Shown here piece by piece: positions 38,651-48,301 of a stretch of DNA of 64,000 bases (positions within the stretch are counted from its first letter, which is position 1; each line of letters opens with the position of its first letter). The notes beneath the pieces were generated by a model. The model had not been told where the DNA came from. It did no database searches and worked only from the letters and a program-made list of their open reading frames with translations. Source of the stretch: Prolixibacteraceae bacterium UBA6029 (GTDB taxonomy: Bacteria > Bacteroidota > Bacteroidia > Bacteroidales > Prolixibacteraceae); NCBI GenBank assembly GCA_002429385.1, contig DIZL01000048.1, positions 800 to 64,799 of the forward strand, in the 5' to 3' direction. The position numbers and the translations under genes were made by a program.

Positions 38651-39868
38651 ATGAAGCATTTTCCTGTCCTCCTGTTTGCACTTTTTCTCTTTTCCTGTGC
38701 TCCTAAACCTGAGACTGTGAGTCAATGGCGCGGTCCAAACCGCAGCGGTGTTTACAATGAAACCGGATTGCTGACTGAGTGGCCTGCCGAAGGTCCAAAA
38801 CTTCTCTGGGCGTTAGACTCTACCGGTAATGGGTTCGGTTCTCCGGTGCTGACCGAAGATCAACTCTTTATTAACGGGGAAAAAGACAGTACAGGATATC
38901 TGTATGCATATAACCTTAAGGGAAAAATCATGTGGAAATCGGTCTATGGGAAAGAATGGATGAAAAACTTCCCCGGTTCACGATCAACGCCAACGGTGGT
39001 AGGAGACCTTGTATACGTATGCTCAGGAATGGGCGACATTGCCTGTTTCGATAAAAATACCGGTACAAAAAAATGGTCACTCAACATGGTAAAGGGCCTT
39101 AAAGGTATCGATAACATGTTTGGCTATGCCGAATCGTTGCTCGTTAATGGTGATTTGGTGTATTGTCAGCCGGGGGGAATAGAGAACAACGTAGTCGCCC
39201 TGAACCGTTTCACAGGTAAAACAGTGTGGACTCAAAAAGCAGTTGGCCAGCTGGAAGCATACAATTCACCGATTATCGTTAAAAGAGGTAAGCTTGATCT
39301 GTTGCTGACCTTTTCAGAAGATTGTTTCCTTGGTCTTAATGGACAGACCGGTAAACTCTTATGGACACAACCCCAGGATACTGCCGGAAACCTGCATGGG
39401 AATATCCCTGTTGTGGATGGAAATGATTTAATTTATACCGAAGGCGATGGTAACCGTACTGTAAAGAATAAACTTGCTGAGGATGGGAGCTCTATCACCG
39501 AAGTGATGCGAAACCCATGGTTCGATAACATTATGGGTGGTGTTGTGAAAATCGGAGATAAGATCTACGGTACATCCCATCGTCAAATGTACCTGAAATG
39601 CCTGGATATGAAATCAGGATTGGTCACCGATTCACTGAAAATGTTCAGGGGAAGTACCATTGCAGCCAATGGAATGCTGTATGTATTTACCGAAAAAGGA
39701 GATGTTAACCTGGTGAAACCAAACCCTTCAGGGATGCAGTTGGTCAGTACGTTTAAAATTACCAAAGGAACCAAAGAATTCTTTACTCATCCTGTTATAC
39801 ACGACGGGGTGCTTTATGTCCGGCATGGGCAGGCGCTGATGGCCTATTCGATTAAAAAAGAAGCTTAA
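38651..39868 (+). CDS. PQQ-like/BamB-like beta-propeller lipoprotein
   Basis: 405 aa. Lipobox LFSC and repeated W-x-propeller blades (KIMWKS, KKWSLN, KTVWTQ, KLLWTQ). Confidence 0.68.
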   Translation: MKHFPVLLFALFLFSCAPKPETVSQWRGPNRSGVYNETGLLTEWPAEGPKLLWALDSTGNGFGSPVLTEDQLFINGEKDSTGYLYAYNLKGKIMWKSVYGKEWMKNFPGSRSTPTVVGDLVYVCSGMGDIACFDKNTGTKKWSLNMVKGLKGIDNMFGYAESLLVNGDLVYCQPGGIENNVVALNRFTGKTVWTQKAVGQLEAYNSPIIVKRGKLDLLLTFSEDCFLGLNGQTGKLLWTQPQDTAGNLHGNIPVVDGNDLIYTEGDGNRTVKNKLAEDGSSITEVMRNPWFDNIMGGVVKIGDKIYGTSHRQMYLKCLDMKSGLVTDSLKMFRGSTIAANGMLYVFTEKGDVNLVKPNPSGMQLVSTFKITKGTKEFFTHPVIHDGVLYVRHGQALMAYSIKKEA

Positions 39869-39883
39869 ATAAAAATCCCATGA

Positions 39884-40025
39884 CCGTTCACTAAAGCGGA
39901 ACGGCAAAGGATAGGGCTATAATGACCATCGGAGCATTATCCTTTGCCGTCTGGCTTTAGCCGACGGACCATATATTAAAATTAAAAATAGAAATCCTCC
40001 AAGGTTATAAACACTTTGGAGGATT
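39884..40025 (+). terminator. Cluster of four hairpins downstream of the propeller gene
   Basis: ccgttc/gaacgg (39884-39903). acggcaaaggata/tatcctttgccgt (39901-39950). ccgtc..gacgg (39947-39967). aatcctccaa/ttggaggatt (39993-40025). Confidence 0.5.
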
Positions 40026-40192
40026 TGTTGTAAATTGACATTCTTTTAAAATATTCGCATCTTTTAAAATATAATTCTGCCTCATTCGTCTACCCCATTA
40101 TAAGCTGTACAATTGGATTATCCGAAAGAAACAGGTCGGTATACATACCTTGCTTTTCAGAATTAATTCATTTGACGTTCAATACAAACAAT

Positions 40193-40810
40193 ATGACAGG
40201 AATTGAGGTTTTAGAACTGACTGACGAATCGTCTGTTCAGTTGATAAAAACAACAGTGAAGGAAAGACCACATATAGCTGAGATCATCCGGAATTACGGA
40301 TCACGTTTAAGCGGGTTCATACAGAAACGCGTGCGAAACAGTGAAGATGCGGAAGATATCCTTCAGGAAGTATACTATCAACTGGCCAATGCTGATCGTT
40401 TACTAAAACCTATTGACCAGATGGCTGCATGGCTTTTTACAGTGGCCCGTAACCGGATTACCGATCTCTACCGAAAAAATAAAGCAGAATCGATGCCCGA
40501 ATACCTGGCCGAAACAGAAGACAATAACCACTTCGCAGAACTGAGCCATCTGATGTTCGACAATGGAACAACGCCCGAGGACAATTATCTGCGTTCGATG
40601 GTGTGGATCGAACTCGAAAAAGCATTGAATGAGCTTCCTGAAGAACAGCGAAAGGTATTTGAGCTTACAGAGATGGAAGGTCTTTCATTCAAGACAATTT
40701 CCGAACAAACAGGAGTTCCCGTCAATACGCTCATTTCCCGCAAGCGTTATGCAGTATTGATTCTGCGCGAACGTCTTCAGCTTATTTATGACGAATTAAT
40801 AAACTTTTAA
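40193..40810 (+). CDS. ECF-type RNA polymerase sigma-70 factor
   Basis: Region 2 (EDILQEVYYQL...WLFTVARNRITDLYR) and region 4 (EQRKVFELTEMEGLSFKTISEQTGVPVNTLISRKRYA). ATG 40193 is preferred over the track's TTG 40172. Confidence 0.85.
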   Translation: MTGIEVLELTDESSVQLIKTTVKERPHIAEIIRNYGSRLSGFIQKRVRNSEDAEDILQEVYYQLANADRLLKPIDQMAAWLFTVARNRITDLYRKNKAESMPEYLAETEDNNHFAELSHLMFDNGTTPEDNYLRSMVWIELEKALNELPEEQRKVFELTEMEGLSFKTISEQTGVPVNTLISRKRYAVLILRERLQLIYDELINF

Positions 40811-40822
40811 ATAATAGAAAAC

Positions 40823-41173
40823 ATGAGAACAACTTTTAGAAGAAGGTGGTATTTATTTATACCCCTCATAGCCGTAGCCTTTGTGGCTTTTGGGTTCCTT
40901 ACGATGAATTTGTGGAATTGGCTGATGCCATTGCTTTTCCATTTGCCTGAAATTACCTTTTGGCAAACCATTGGGCTGATGATTCTTTCCCGGCTCATTC
41001 TGGGAGGATTTGGAGGTCATGGTCGTGGTCATGGTCACCATTGCCGGAGAGACATGCACGAAAAATGGGAAAATATGACACCAGAGGATCGTGAGAAGTT
41101 TCGCGAACATATTCATGTGCACCGTCCACCATGGGGACATAGGTATTCGGAAGAAGGAAAAGTAAAAGAATAA
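40823..41173 (+). CDS. Small two-TM membrane protein with a His/Gly-rich tail (possible anti-sigma or metal-sensing partner)
   Basis: 116 aa starting 12 nt after the sigma gene. It has two hydrophobic helices, then GGHGRGHGHHCRRDMHEKWENMTPEDREKFREHIHVHRPPWGH (LTxxQ/CpxP-like MTPEDREKF). Confidence 0.55.
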   Translation: MRTTFRRRWYLFIPLIAVAFVAFGFLTMNLWNWLMPLLFHLPEITFWQTIGLMILSRLILGGFGGHGRGHGHHCRRDMHEKWENMTPEDREKFREHIHVHRPPWGHRYSEEGKVKE

Positions 41174-41197
41174 TGAGGTAAGTCCGAATACTCTTTT

Positions 41198-41294
41198 CTT
41201 GCCACTAAGACACCAAGACATTAAGTCTCACCAAAGCTTCATATTCAGATAATAGGTTTGGTGAGACTTAGTGTCTTTGTGTTTTAGTGGCAAG
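41198..41294. repeat. REP/MITE-like palindrome (38-bp arms, 35/38 paired)
   Basis: cttgccactaagacaccaagacattaagtctcaccaaa (41198-41235) pairs with tttggtgagacttagtgtctttgtgttttagtggcaag (41257-41294). Same word family as 23043..23136. Confidence 0.8.
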
Positions 41295-41428
41295 AAACAG
41301 ACTTATCAGAATCTCAAAATTAAGGATATCTGAAACTGCACCCTTAAAATAAATATATAATTTTAAGAGTAGGTTCTAAACACTTTTGCAGTTTCTTTGT
41401 AGTTAGTAATTCCAAGTATAATCGAAGA

Positions 41429-43177
41429 ATGAGTAATTCAATCCATCAGAAAGAGCCGGGAAAGCAATCCAAGCCAAATGTGTTTAGTTTACTGAAGCCA
41501 TACCGGGGAATGATTACATTCCTGGTAATTTTTGCCCTGCTCAGTAACGGAGTCAATTTATTGCTGCCGAAAATCATATCCAGAGCCATAGATGCATTTA
41601 CTGCCGGACATTTTGTATTCAGGACCGTGGTGCTTGAGTTTTCCGTGGCCGCTTTTGTCATTTTCTTCTTCACCTATCTTCAAAGCATTGTGCAGACCTT
41701 TGCATCCGAGAAAGTCGCCCGCGACCTAAGAACGCGCTTATCAGACAAAATATCGCGGCAAAGTTACACCTACATCCTTAAGACCAATCCGTCAAAACTG
41801 CTGACTAACCTTACTTCGGATATCGATTCCATAAAGATGTTTGTATCCATGGCCGTAGTCACCATCTTTTCGTCCATATTTATGATTGTCGGTACCTCTG
41901 TATTGCTGATCAGGATCAACTACAAACTGGCCGTTCCGATTATTGCAATTATACCCATCATTGGAGGTACCTTTTTTATTGTACTCAAGAAAGTGCGCGT
42001 CTTATTCAAACGAAGCCGTGAGGTCATCGATTGGCTCAACAAGGTTATCAACGAAAGCATCATGGGTTCTGCCATTATCCGTGTACTCAATGCACAGCAA
42101 GCAGAATACCATAAATTCATGGAAGCCAACACTGAAGCCCGAAACCTTGGCTTAGGCATTCTGCGTCTGTTTGCAGCGCTTATCCCAATCGTCACCTTTA
42201 CTGCCAATCTGGGGATGCTGGTGATTCTTATGCTGGGTGGTCATTTTGTAATTACCGGGAGCATGTCGCTCGGTGATTTTGCAGCCTTCAACAGTTACCT
42301 GGCTTTACTTATTTTCCCAATATTGATGATCGGGTTTATGAGCAATATCATTGCCATGGCCTCTGCATCCTATGCCCGCATCAATGAGGTGCTTGAGGCT
42401 CCTGAAATCATTGAAACAGGGACAGTGAAAGCATCGCTTCATGGAAACATCGAACTCATCAATGTTTCTCTTTCGTATGGTGACAAGCCAATTTTAAAAG
42501 ACATTTCCTTCTCAGTAAAAGGTGGAACGCAGGTCGCCATTATTGGGCCCACCGCTGCCGGAAAGAGTCAGTTGCTCAACCTGCTTACCGATCTGGTAAA
42601 ACATGATCAGGGAACCATCCTGTTCGATGGTCGTGACATTGAATCTTACGACAAGGAATCGTTTCGCAGCCAAATAGGATTTGTACTTCAGGATAGCGTT
42701 ATCTTTAATATGAGCCTTCGCGAAAATATTGCTTTCAGCGATAAAGTAACTGACGAATCACTCGAAAAAGCGATCAATACTGCCGAACTGAGAGACTTTG
42801 TCGATTCACTCCCCGATAAACTGAACACCATTGTTTCTGAACGTGGCACAAGCCTTTCAGGAGGACAAAAGCAACGAATCATGCTGGCCCGTGCGCTGGC
42901 TATAAATCCCAAAATAGTATTGCTTGATGACTTTACTGCCCGTGTCGATCGTGAAACAGAGAAAAAGATCCTTTCCAATCTCGAAATGAATTATCCTGAC
43001 CTTACTTTGCTGTCGATTACTCAGAATATAGCTTCGGTAAAGCATTTTGAACAGATTATTTTACTCATGGAAGGCGAAGTTATTGCGACAGGAACACACC
43101 GGGAGTTAATGGAAACCTGTACGGAGTATGTACAGATCGAAAATTCACAACGAAGTACAAGTCACTATGAACTATAA
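41429..43177 (+). CDS. ABC transporter permease/ATPase (type I exporter half-transporter)
   Basis: 582 aa with a 6-TM domain. Walker A GPTAAGKSQ, signature LSGGQKQR, Walker B VLLDD. Confidence 0.85.
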   Translation: MSNSIHQKEPGKQSKPNVFSLLKPYRGMITFLVIFALLSNGVNLLLPKIISRAIDAFTAGHFVFRTVVLEFSVAAFVIFFFTYLQSIVQTFASEKVARDLRTRLSDKISRQSYTYILKTNPSKLLTNLTSDIDSIKMFVSMAVVTIFSSIFMIVGTSVLLIRINYKLAVPIIAIIPIIGGTFFIVLKKVRVLFKRSREVIDWLNKVINESIMGSAIIRVLNAQQAEYHKFMEANTEARNLGLGILRLFAALIPIVTFTANLGMLVILMLGGHFVITGSMSLGDFAAFNSYLALLIFPILMIGFMSNIIAMASASYARINEVLEAPEIIETGTVKASLHGNIELINVSLSYGDKPILKDISFSVKGGTQVAIIGPTAAGKSQLLNLLTDLVKHDQGTILFDGRDIESYDKESFRSQIGFVLQDSVIFNMSLRENIAFSDKVTDESLEKAINTAELRDFVDSLPDKLNTIVSERGTSLSGGQKQRIMLARALAINPKIVLLDDFTARVDRETEKKILSNLEMNYPDLTLLSITQNIASVKHFEQIILLMEGEVIATGTHRELMETCTEYVQIENSQRSTSHYEL

Positions 43178-44930
43178 TCTGAACGAAACTGCCAGCAAAA
43201 CAGAGCAGAAAAAATCAACCCTTGCCGCGCTTACAAAACTGCTCGGATTGATTAAGGAAGAAAAGCGGACACTCATTATTGCCATGATTATTATCCTGAT
43301 CAATGCCGGATTGAGCCTGCTTGGTCCCTTCCTGATCGGGCATACCATAGATACCTATATTCAATCGAAGCAATACCATGGAGTAATCCTGTTTTCAGGC
43401 ATTCTGCTGTGTATGTACATCACCGTTTTTATCACCAATTATCTTCAGATCACCCTGATGGGCGGTGTCGGACAACGTATGCTATATAGTTTGCGCAATG
43501 CTGTTTTTAATAAACTGCAGATCCTGCCCGTTGACTTCTTCAATCAGAATAAAGCAGGCGATCTCATCTCGCGCATCAACAACGACACGGATAAGCTGAA
43601 CCAGTTTTTCTCCCAATCGCTCATGCAGTTTATAAGCAGCATCTTCACCATGCTGGGCGCCGGTATTTTTCTTTTGAGTATTAATCCTGAACTGGGTGCT
43701 GCGGCTCTTTTGCCGGCTCTGGTTATCTGGATATTTACCAAATCCATCTCACCCTGGGTAAAAGGCAAGAATGCCGCCAATCTGAAAAGCGTGGGTGGAT
43801 TGAGCGCTGAAATTCAGGAAAGCCTGAACAACTTTAAAGTGATTGTTGCATTCAACCGGCGTGATTACTTCCGCAAACGCTTTGGCGAGGCCAATCAGAA
43901 GAACTATGCCACTTCGGTAAGCGCCGGATTGGCCAATAATATCTTTACACCAGTCTATGGACTTTCGTCGAATATTGGTCAACTGATCGTTCTGGCATTT
44001 GGTATATATCTCATTACGACCGGACAGTTCACCATTGGTTTACTCATCGGATTCTTAGCCTATATCTATAGTTTTTATCAACCCTTGCGACAGCTTGCTG
44101 CGCTCTGGGCCAGTTTCCAGGTTGCGATGGCAGGCTGGGATCGTATTTCACAGATACTTTCACTTGACACCAACCTGTTGGTTATTGAAGATCAAAAAAC
44201 AGATTCCTCGTCTGCCTATCTTTCTTTTCGGGATGTGTCGTTCACTTATCCTAACGGGAAAGAAGTCCTGCATCATGTTAGTTTTGACCTTGAACGCGGA
44301 AAGACCTATGCCTTTGTAGGGCCAACCGGCGGCGGTAAAACCACAACTGCATCTCTTATAGCCCGTTTATATGATGCATCTACAGGAACTGTTTTACTGG
44401 ACGGGAAGGATATCCGCACCTATCATCCTGAAGAACGGACCGCTAAGATCGGCTTTATCCTTCAGGAACCGTTTTTGTTTTCAGGAACCGTTCGCGACAA
44501 TATTCTGTATGGAAATCCCGAATACAGGAATTTATCGAACGATGAGCTTGCTGAGGTTATAAAAGAATCAGGGCTTGAAAGCCTGCTTGTTCGTTTTGAT
44601 GAAGGACTTGAATCGAAGGTTCAAACTTCGGGTGACAGTATCAGCCTGGGGCAGAAACAGTTGATTGCCTTTATGAGGTCGGTGCTTCGCAAACCTCAAC
44701 TGCTCATTCTCGATGAAGCTACCGCCAATATCGACACGATCACCGAACAACTGCTTGAAAGTATCCTGCAAAAATTACCGTCATCGACTACGCGCGTCAT
44801 TATTGCCCATCGGTTGAATACCATTGAAAATGCGGATGAAATCTTCTTTGTCAACTCAGGGGAAGTCATTCCCGCCGGATCACTCCAGGATGCTGTAAAC
44901 CTGCTTTTACACGGAAAAAGAGAAAGCTGA
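43167..44930 (+). CDS. ABC transporter permease/ATPase (heterodimer partner)
   Basis: Walker A GPTGGGKTT, signature SLGQKQ, Walker B LILDEATA. ATG 43167 overlaps the upstream stop by 11 nt. The track start is 43128. Confidence 0.85.
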   Translation: MNYNLNETASKTEQKKSTLAALTKLLGLIKEEKRTLIIAMIIILINAGLSLLGPFLIGHTIDTYIQSKQYHGVILFSGILLCMYITVFITNYLQITLMGGVGQRMLYSLRNAVFNKLQILPVDFFNQNKAGDLISRINNDTDKLNQFFSQSLMQFISSIFTMLGAGIFLLSINPELGAAALLPALVIWIFTKSISPWVKGKNAANLKSVGGLSAEIQESLNNFKVIVAFNRRDYFRKRFGEANQKNYATSVSAGLANNIFTPVYGLSSNIGQLIVLAFGIYLITTGQFTIGLLIGFLAYIYSFYQPLRQLAALWASFQVAMAGWDRISQILSLDTNLLVIEDQKTDSSSAYLSFRDVSFTYPNGKEVLHHVSFDLERGKTYAFVGPTGGGKTTTASLIARLYDASTGTVLLDGKDIRTYHPEERTAKIGFILQEPFLFSGTVRDNILYGNPEYRNLSNDELAEVIKESGLESLLVRFDEGLESKVQTSGDSISLGQKQLIAFMRSVLRKPQLLILDEATANIDTITEQLLESILQKLPSSTTRVIIAHRLNTIENADEIFFVNSGEVIPAGSLQDAVNLLLHGKRES

Positions 44931-45114
44931 AATCAAAATTACTGTTTCACAAACCATTTATCTGATTACAAGATAAACTACAATCCTGAAGAGTCCTAAT
45001 TGTTCAGAAATTGCGAAAGAGATATCCCACAAAGTGCCTGATCGGAGAAATATAGTCTTAACCAAGGTCGGGTTTGGATAGGGATTGAGAGGGTATTCCT
45101 TCGGTATATTTGTA

Positions 45115-45176
45115 CTATGACTGATCTATAACTGTACTAAAATTGCGATCTTTGTACAGTTGCAAATCAATCATAG
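45115..45176. repeat. 62-bp imperfect palindrome, copy D
   Basis: Arm ctatgactgatctataactgtac, loop taaaattgcgatcttt, arm gtacagttgcaaatcaatcatag. aactgtac/gtacagtt pair perfectly next to the loop. Confidence 0.85.
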
Positions 45177-45346
45177 ATTAATTGATCCGAAGCAAACACG
45201 ACGCAATCCCCTTTCGGATACTTTCCGTGTAGTTCGAAATCAGGTTTAATGGTTTCCTGAAGAATATTTGAATGGAGAGAGAATTGGTTTTCGGAGTCAA
45301 TAAGATCATTTTTATATCGTATCGTCTGACCCTGGAGTGAACTCAT
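45167..45346 (-). CDS. Candidate 59-aa protein, paralog of 12348..12527 (coding status unproven)
   Basis: MSSLQGQTIRYKNDLIDSENQFSLHSNILQETIKPDFELHGKYPKGDCVVFASDQLIYD. Not in the ORF track (<60 aa). A TATCTTTA box (45355..45362, minus strand) lies 8 nt upstream of the ATG. Confidence 0.4.
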   Translation of the reverse strand: MSSLQGQTIRYKNDLIDSENQFSLHSNILQETIKPDFELHGKYPKGDCVVFASDQLIYD

Positions 45347-45700
45347 CTGAGTTTTAAAGATACAAATATTTAGGCAAAGGATATTTCTTCTGAAAATTAG
45401 CAGAAAATAAAAACATTAAAATGAGGAAAATATATACTGCTGCACTTGTTGATAGTTACTGAAAAAAAATCCACGAATATTATTTGTTATTTTCCTTTAA
45501 CTAACAGGCAAAATAATTCATTGTGAAAGAATTATTTTACAAAAAAAACGCTATTTTCTTCAAAATATTTTGTATATTTATAGAGTAATGACACCCTGAA
45601 ATCGTCATTTAAAATGCACACCTGTGACGTTTTCGATTCTTAATTCTTCCGCATACGTCGAACACCAAGTCGGCTTTCGTTTTTGATTAAAGAGTATCAC

Positions 45701-48193
45701 ATGAAATCCACACTTGAAATTCAAATCTCAACCAATGATCTTTTAAACAACATTGAGTTTAGCGACATTTTTAATCTGGAAGATATCCAACACCTACAGG
45801 ATTTGTTTGCCGATGCAAATGGAGTAGCATCCATCATTACTCATGTTGACGGCACTCCGATAACCAATCCAAGTAATTTCTGCCGGTTGTGTCGTGACAT
45901 TATCCGCAGTACTGAAAAAGGATTTATAAACTGTATGAAATCCGATGCCGCGCTTGGACTGAAAAATTCTTCAGGTCCGGTTATGCACCAATGCCTGAAT
46001 GGCGGGCTGTGGGATTCAGGTGCCCGGATAACTGTTGGCGCAAAGCATATTGCCAACTGGATCATCGGGCAGGTGCGCAATGAAGAACTTGATATTCATC
46101 GTATGATAACCTATGCCGATGAAATCGGGGTTAACCGGGAAGTTTTTCTCGATGCCCTGAACGAAGTTCCTGTGATGTCGGTTGAGCAACTTGGCAAGTT
46201 ATCGAAAATGTTGTTTTTGGTTGCCAACGAACATTCTGAAAGAGCATATAACAATTGGCTGCTGAAAGCACAAATTGCCGAACGGGAAAAAACCAGGGTT
46301 TTATTGGAAGAATCGGAGAACAGATTTCAGGTCTTATTTAATATAGCTCCATTTGGATATCAATCACTGGACTTTGATGGTCATTTTATTGAAGTCAATC
46401 AGTCATGGATAAATACTTTGGGATATACTCAGGAGGAAGTAACCGGCAAATGGTTTGGTGACTTTCTTTCACCGGCCAGTCGTGAGGAATTCCATAAGCG
46501 ATTCCAGGTTTTCAAAGCAGAAGGTAAGATTCACAGTGAATTTGAGATGATTCATAAGAATGGGAGAAAGCTTGATATTGCTTTCGAAGGGAAAATTGGA
46601 AATGATTTGAATGGAAAATTTAAACGAACGCACTGCATATTACAAGACATTACGGAGAGCAAACGGGAAGAAAAGAGGATCAGTGAGAGCGAAAAAATGC
46701 TGCGCGAGGCCCAGCACCTGGCCCAAATGGGAAGTTGGGACTGGACAATAGCAACTGACACGGTGAAATGGTCGGAAGAACTTTATCGCATCAACGGGCG
46801 CAATCCAGATTCAGCGGCACCTTCATTCTCCGAAATGTCATCTTATTTTATGCCCGAAAGTTGGAAACGGCTGAGCGAGACAGTCGCCAAGGCAGTTCAG
46901 AATGGAGAACCTTATGAGCTGGAACTCGAAATAGTGCTTCCGGATGGCACAACCAAATCTACATCAGCACGGGGCGAAGCAGATTGTGATGCCAACGGCA
47001 AAATCACAGGACTTCAAGGTACAGTTCAGGATATTACCCAACGGAAACGAGTGGAGGATGAACTTAAACGTAAAAACGAAGAGTTGGTTAAACTCAATTC
47101 CGACAAAGATCGCTTTATGTCCATCCTTGGACACGATCTGAAAAGTCCGTTTAATTCCATTCTGGGCTTTCTGGAAATCTTATCCGCCAATATTCGTGAA
47201 TATGATCTGGACACCATAGAAAGTCAGATTAGTATCGTTGAAACTTCAGCAAAGCGTGTTTTTTCTTTATTGGAAGACCTTTTACTGTGGTCAAGATCAC
47301 AATCCGGCCAATTGCCCTATGAACCGCAAAGACAGAATCTCACAGCTATTTGTCAGGACATCCTGTCGGACATGAAATTAATTGCTGACACAAAAAACAT
47401 CATCATCAGTGATTCTGTTTCGGATGAAATAGCTGTCTATGCTGATACGGATATGTTAAAAACGGTCTTACGAAACCTGATTTCCAATGCTATAAAATAC
47501 AGTAATGCGGGAGGTCAAATCGAGATAAACACCAGGCAGATAGGATCGGAAACAACAATTTCGGTTTCAGACACCGGTGTTGGGATGGCGCCGGAAGTGG
47601 CCAGCCATCTCTTTGAAATCTCACAAATCCATTCAACCAAAGGGACTGCAAACGAAACAGGAACCGGATTAGGATTATTACTATGTAAGGAATTTGTGGC
47701 AAAACATGGTGGCAATATCTGGGTTGAGAGTGAAGTTGGTAAAGGTTCAACCTTTTATTTTAGTATTTCTTCAAATTTTGAACCGAAAGAACAAAACATC
47801 GTAGGAAATAGGAAAAAAGAAGAGAATCAGCCGAAAAAACTGAATATCTTAATAGCCGATGACGACGATGCTTCGGAACAACTTCTAACAATAGCAATGG
47901 AGAAATTTGGAGGGGAGGTTTTAAAGGCAAAAACAGGGATTGATGCCGTTGAAGTCTGTCTGGATAATCCCGACGTTGATTTAGTACTAATGGATATTCA
48001 AATGCCGGTAATGAACGGATATGAAGCTACCCGGCAAATCAGGTTGTTTAATAAAAAGGTGATTATCATTGCCGAAACAGCGTTTGGGTATGCCGAAAGC
48101 AAAGAAGAGGCATTGAAGGCTGGATGTAATGATTATCTTCAAAAACCTATAAAGCGAAAAAAATTAATAGAAATGGTGGAGAAATATTTCTAA
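45701..48193 (+). CDS. Hybrid sensor histidine kinase/response regulator with an N-terminal PocR-type sensory domain and PAS domains
   Basis: PocR-like block (LQDLFADANGVASIITHVDGTPITNPSNFCRLCRDIIR), two PAS regions, H-box GHDLKSPFNSILGF, HATPase, and receiver DLVLMDIQMPVMNG. ATG 45701 is preferred over TTG 45683. Confidence 0.8.
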   Translation: MKSTLEIQISTNDLLNNIEFSDIFNLEDIQHLQDLFADANGVASIITHVDGTPITNPSNFCRLCRDIIRSTEKGFINCMKSDAALGLKNSSGPVMHQCLNGGLWDSGARITVGAKHIANWIIGQVRNEELDIHRMITYADEIGVNREVFLDALNEVPVMSVEQLGKLSKMLFLVANEHSERAYNNWLLKAQIAEREKTRVLLEESENRFQVLFNIAPFGYQSLDFDGHFIEVNQSWINTLGYTQEEVTGKWFGDFLSPASREEFHKRFQVFKAEGKIHSEFEMIHKNGRKLDIAFEGKIGNDLNGKFKRTHCILQDITESKREEKRISESEKMLREAQHLAQMGSWDWTIATDTVKWSEELYRINGRNPDSAAPSFSEMSSYFMPESWKRLSETVAKAVQNGEPYELELEIVLPDGTTKSTSARGEADCDANGKITGLQGTVQDITQRKRVEDELKRKNEELVKLNSDKDRFMSILGHDLKSPFNSILGFLEILSANIREYDLDTIESQISIVETSAKRVFSLLEDLLLWSRSQSGQLPYEPQRQNLTAICQDILSDMKLIADTKNIIISDSVSDEIAVYADTDMLKTVLRNLISNAIKYSNAGGQIEINTRQIGSETTISVSDTGVGMAPEVASHLFEISQIHSTKGTANETGTGLGLLLCKEFVAKHGGNIWVESEVGKGSTFYFSISSNFEPKEQNIVGNRKKEENQPKKLNILIADDDDASEQLLTIAMEKFGGEVLKAKTGIDAVEVCLDNPDVDLVLMDIQMPVMNGYEATRQIRLFNKKVIIIAETAFGYAESKEEALKAGCNDYLQKPIKRKKLIEMVEKYF

Positions 48194-48301
48194 GATCAGG
48201 TGTAAATGAAGACTCAGATTAAGCGACTATATATAAAAGTGGCTAAACAATGATTTCCAACTTTAACCGTTTACATTAATATTTGCTCCTAAATTCATAT
48301 T

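Larger units (their letters stand above)
45089..45380 (-). repeat. Copy 2 of the ~295-bp module (inverted relative to copy 1)
   Basis: The reverse complement aligns to 12308..12605. The 120-nt block (last 42 nt of the ORF plus 78 nt beyond it) differs at 7 positions, and the first 138 nt of the ORF differ at 39 (manual count). Confidence 0.85.

Noticed and set aside
12308-45380. The two inverted module copies as ends of a 33-kb composite transposon or invertible chromosomal segment.
   Set aside because: The enclosed region carries core genes (priA, pfkA, ispH, cmk). The copies are only ~77% identical over the ORF, and no transposase or recombinase is present. They are more likely independent insertions or ancient paralogs.
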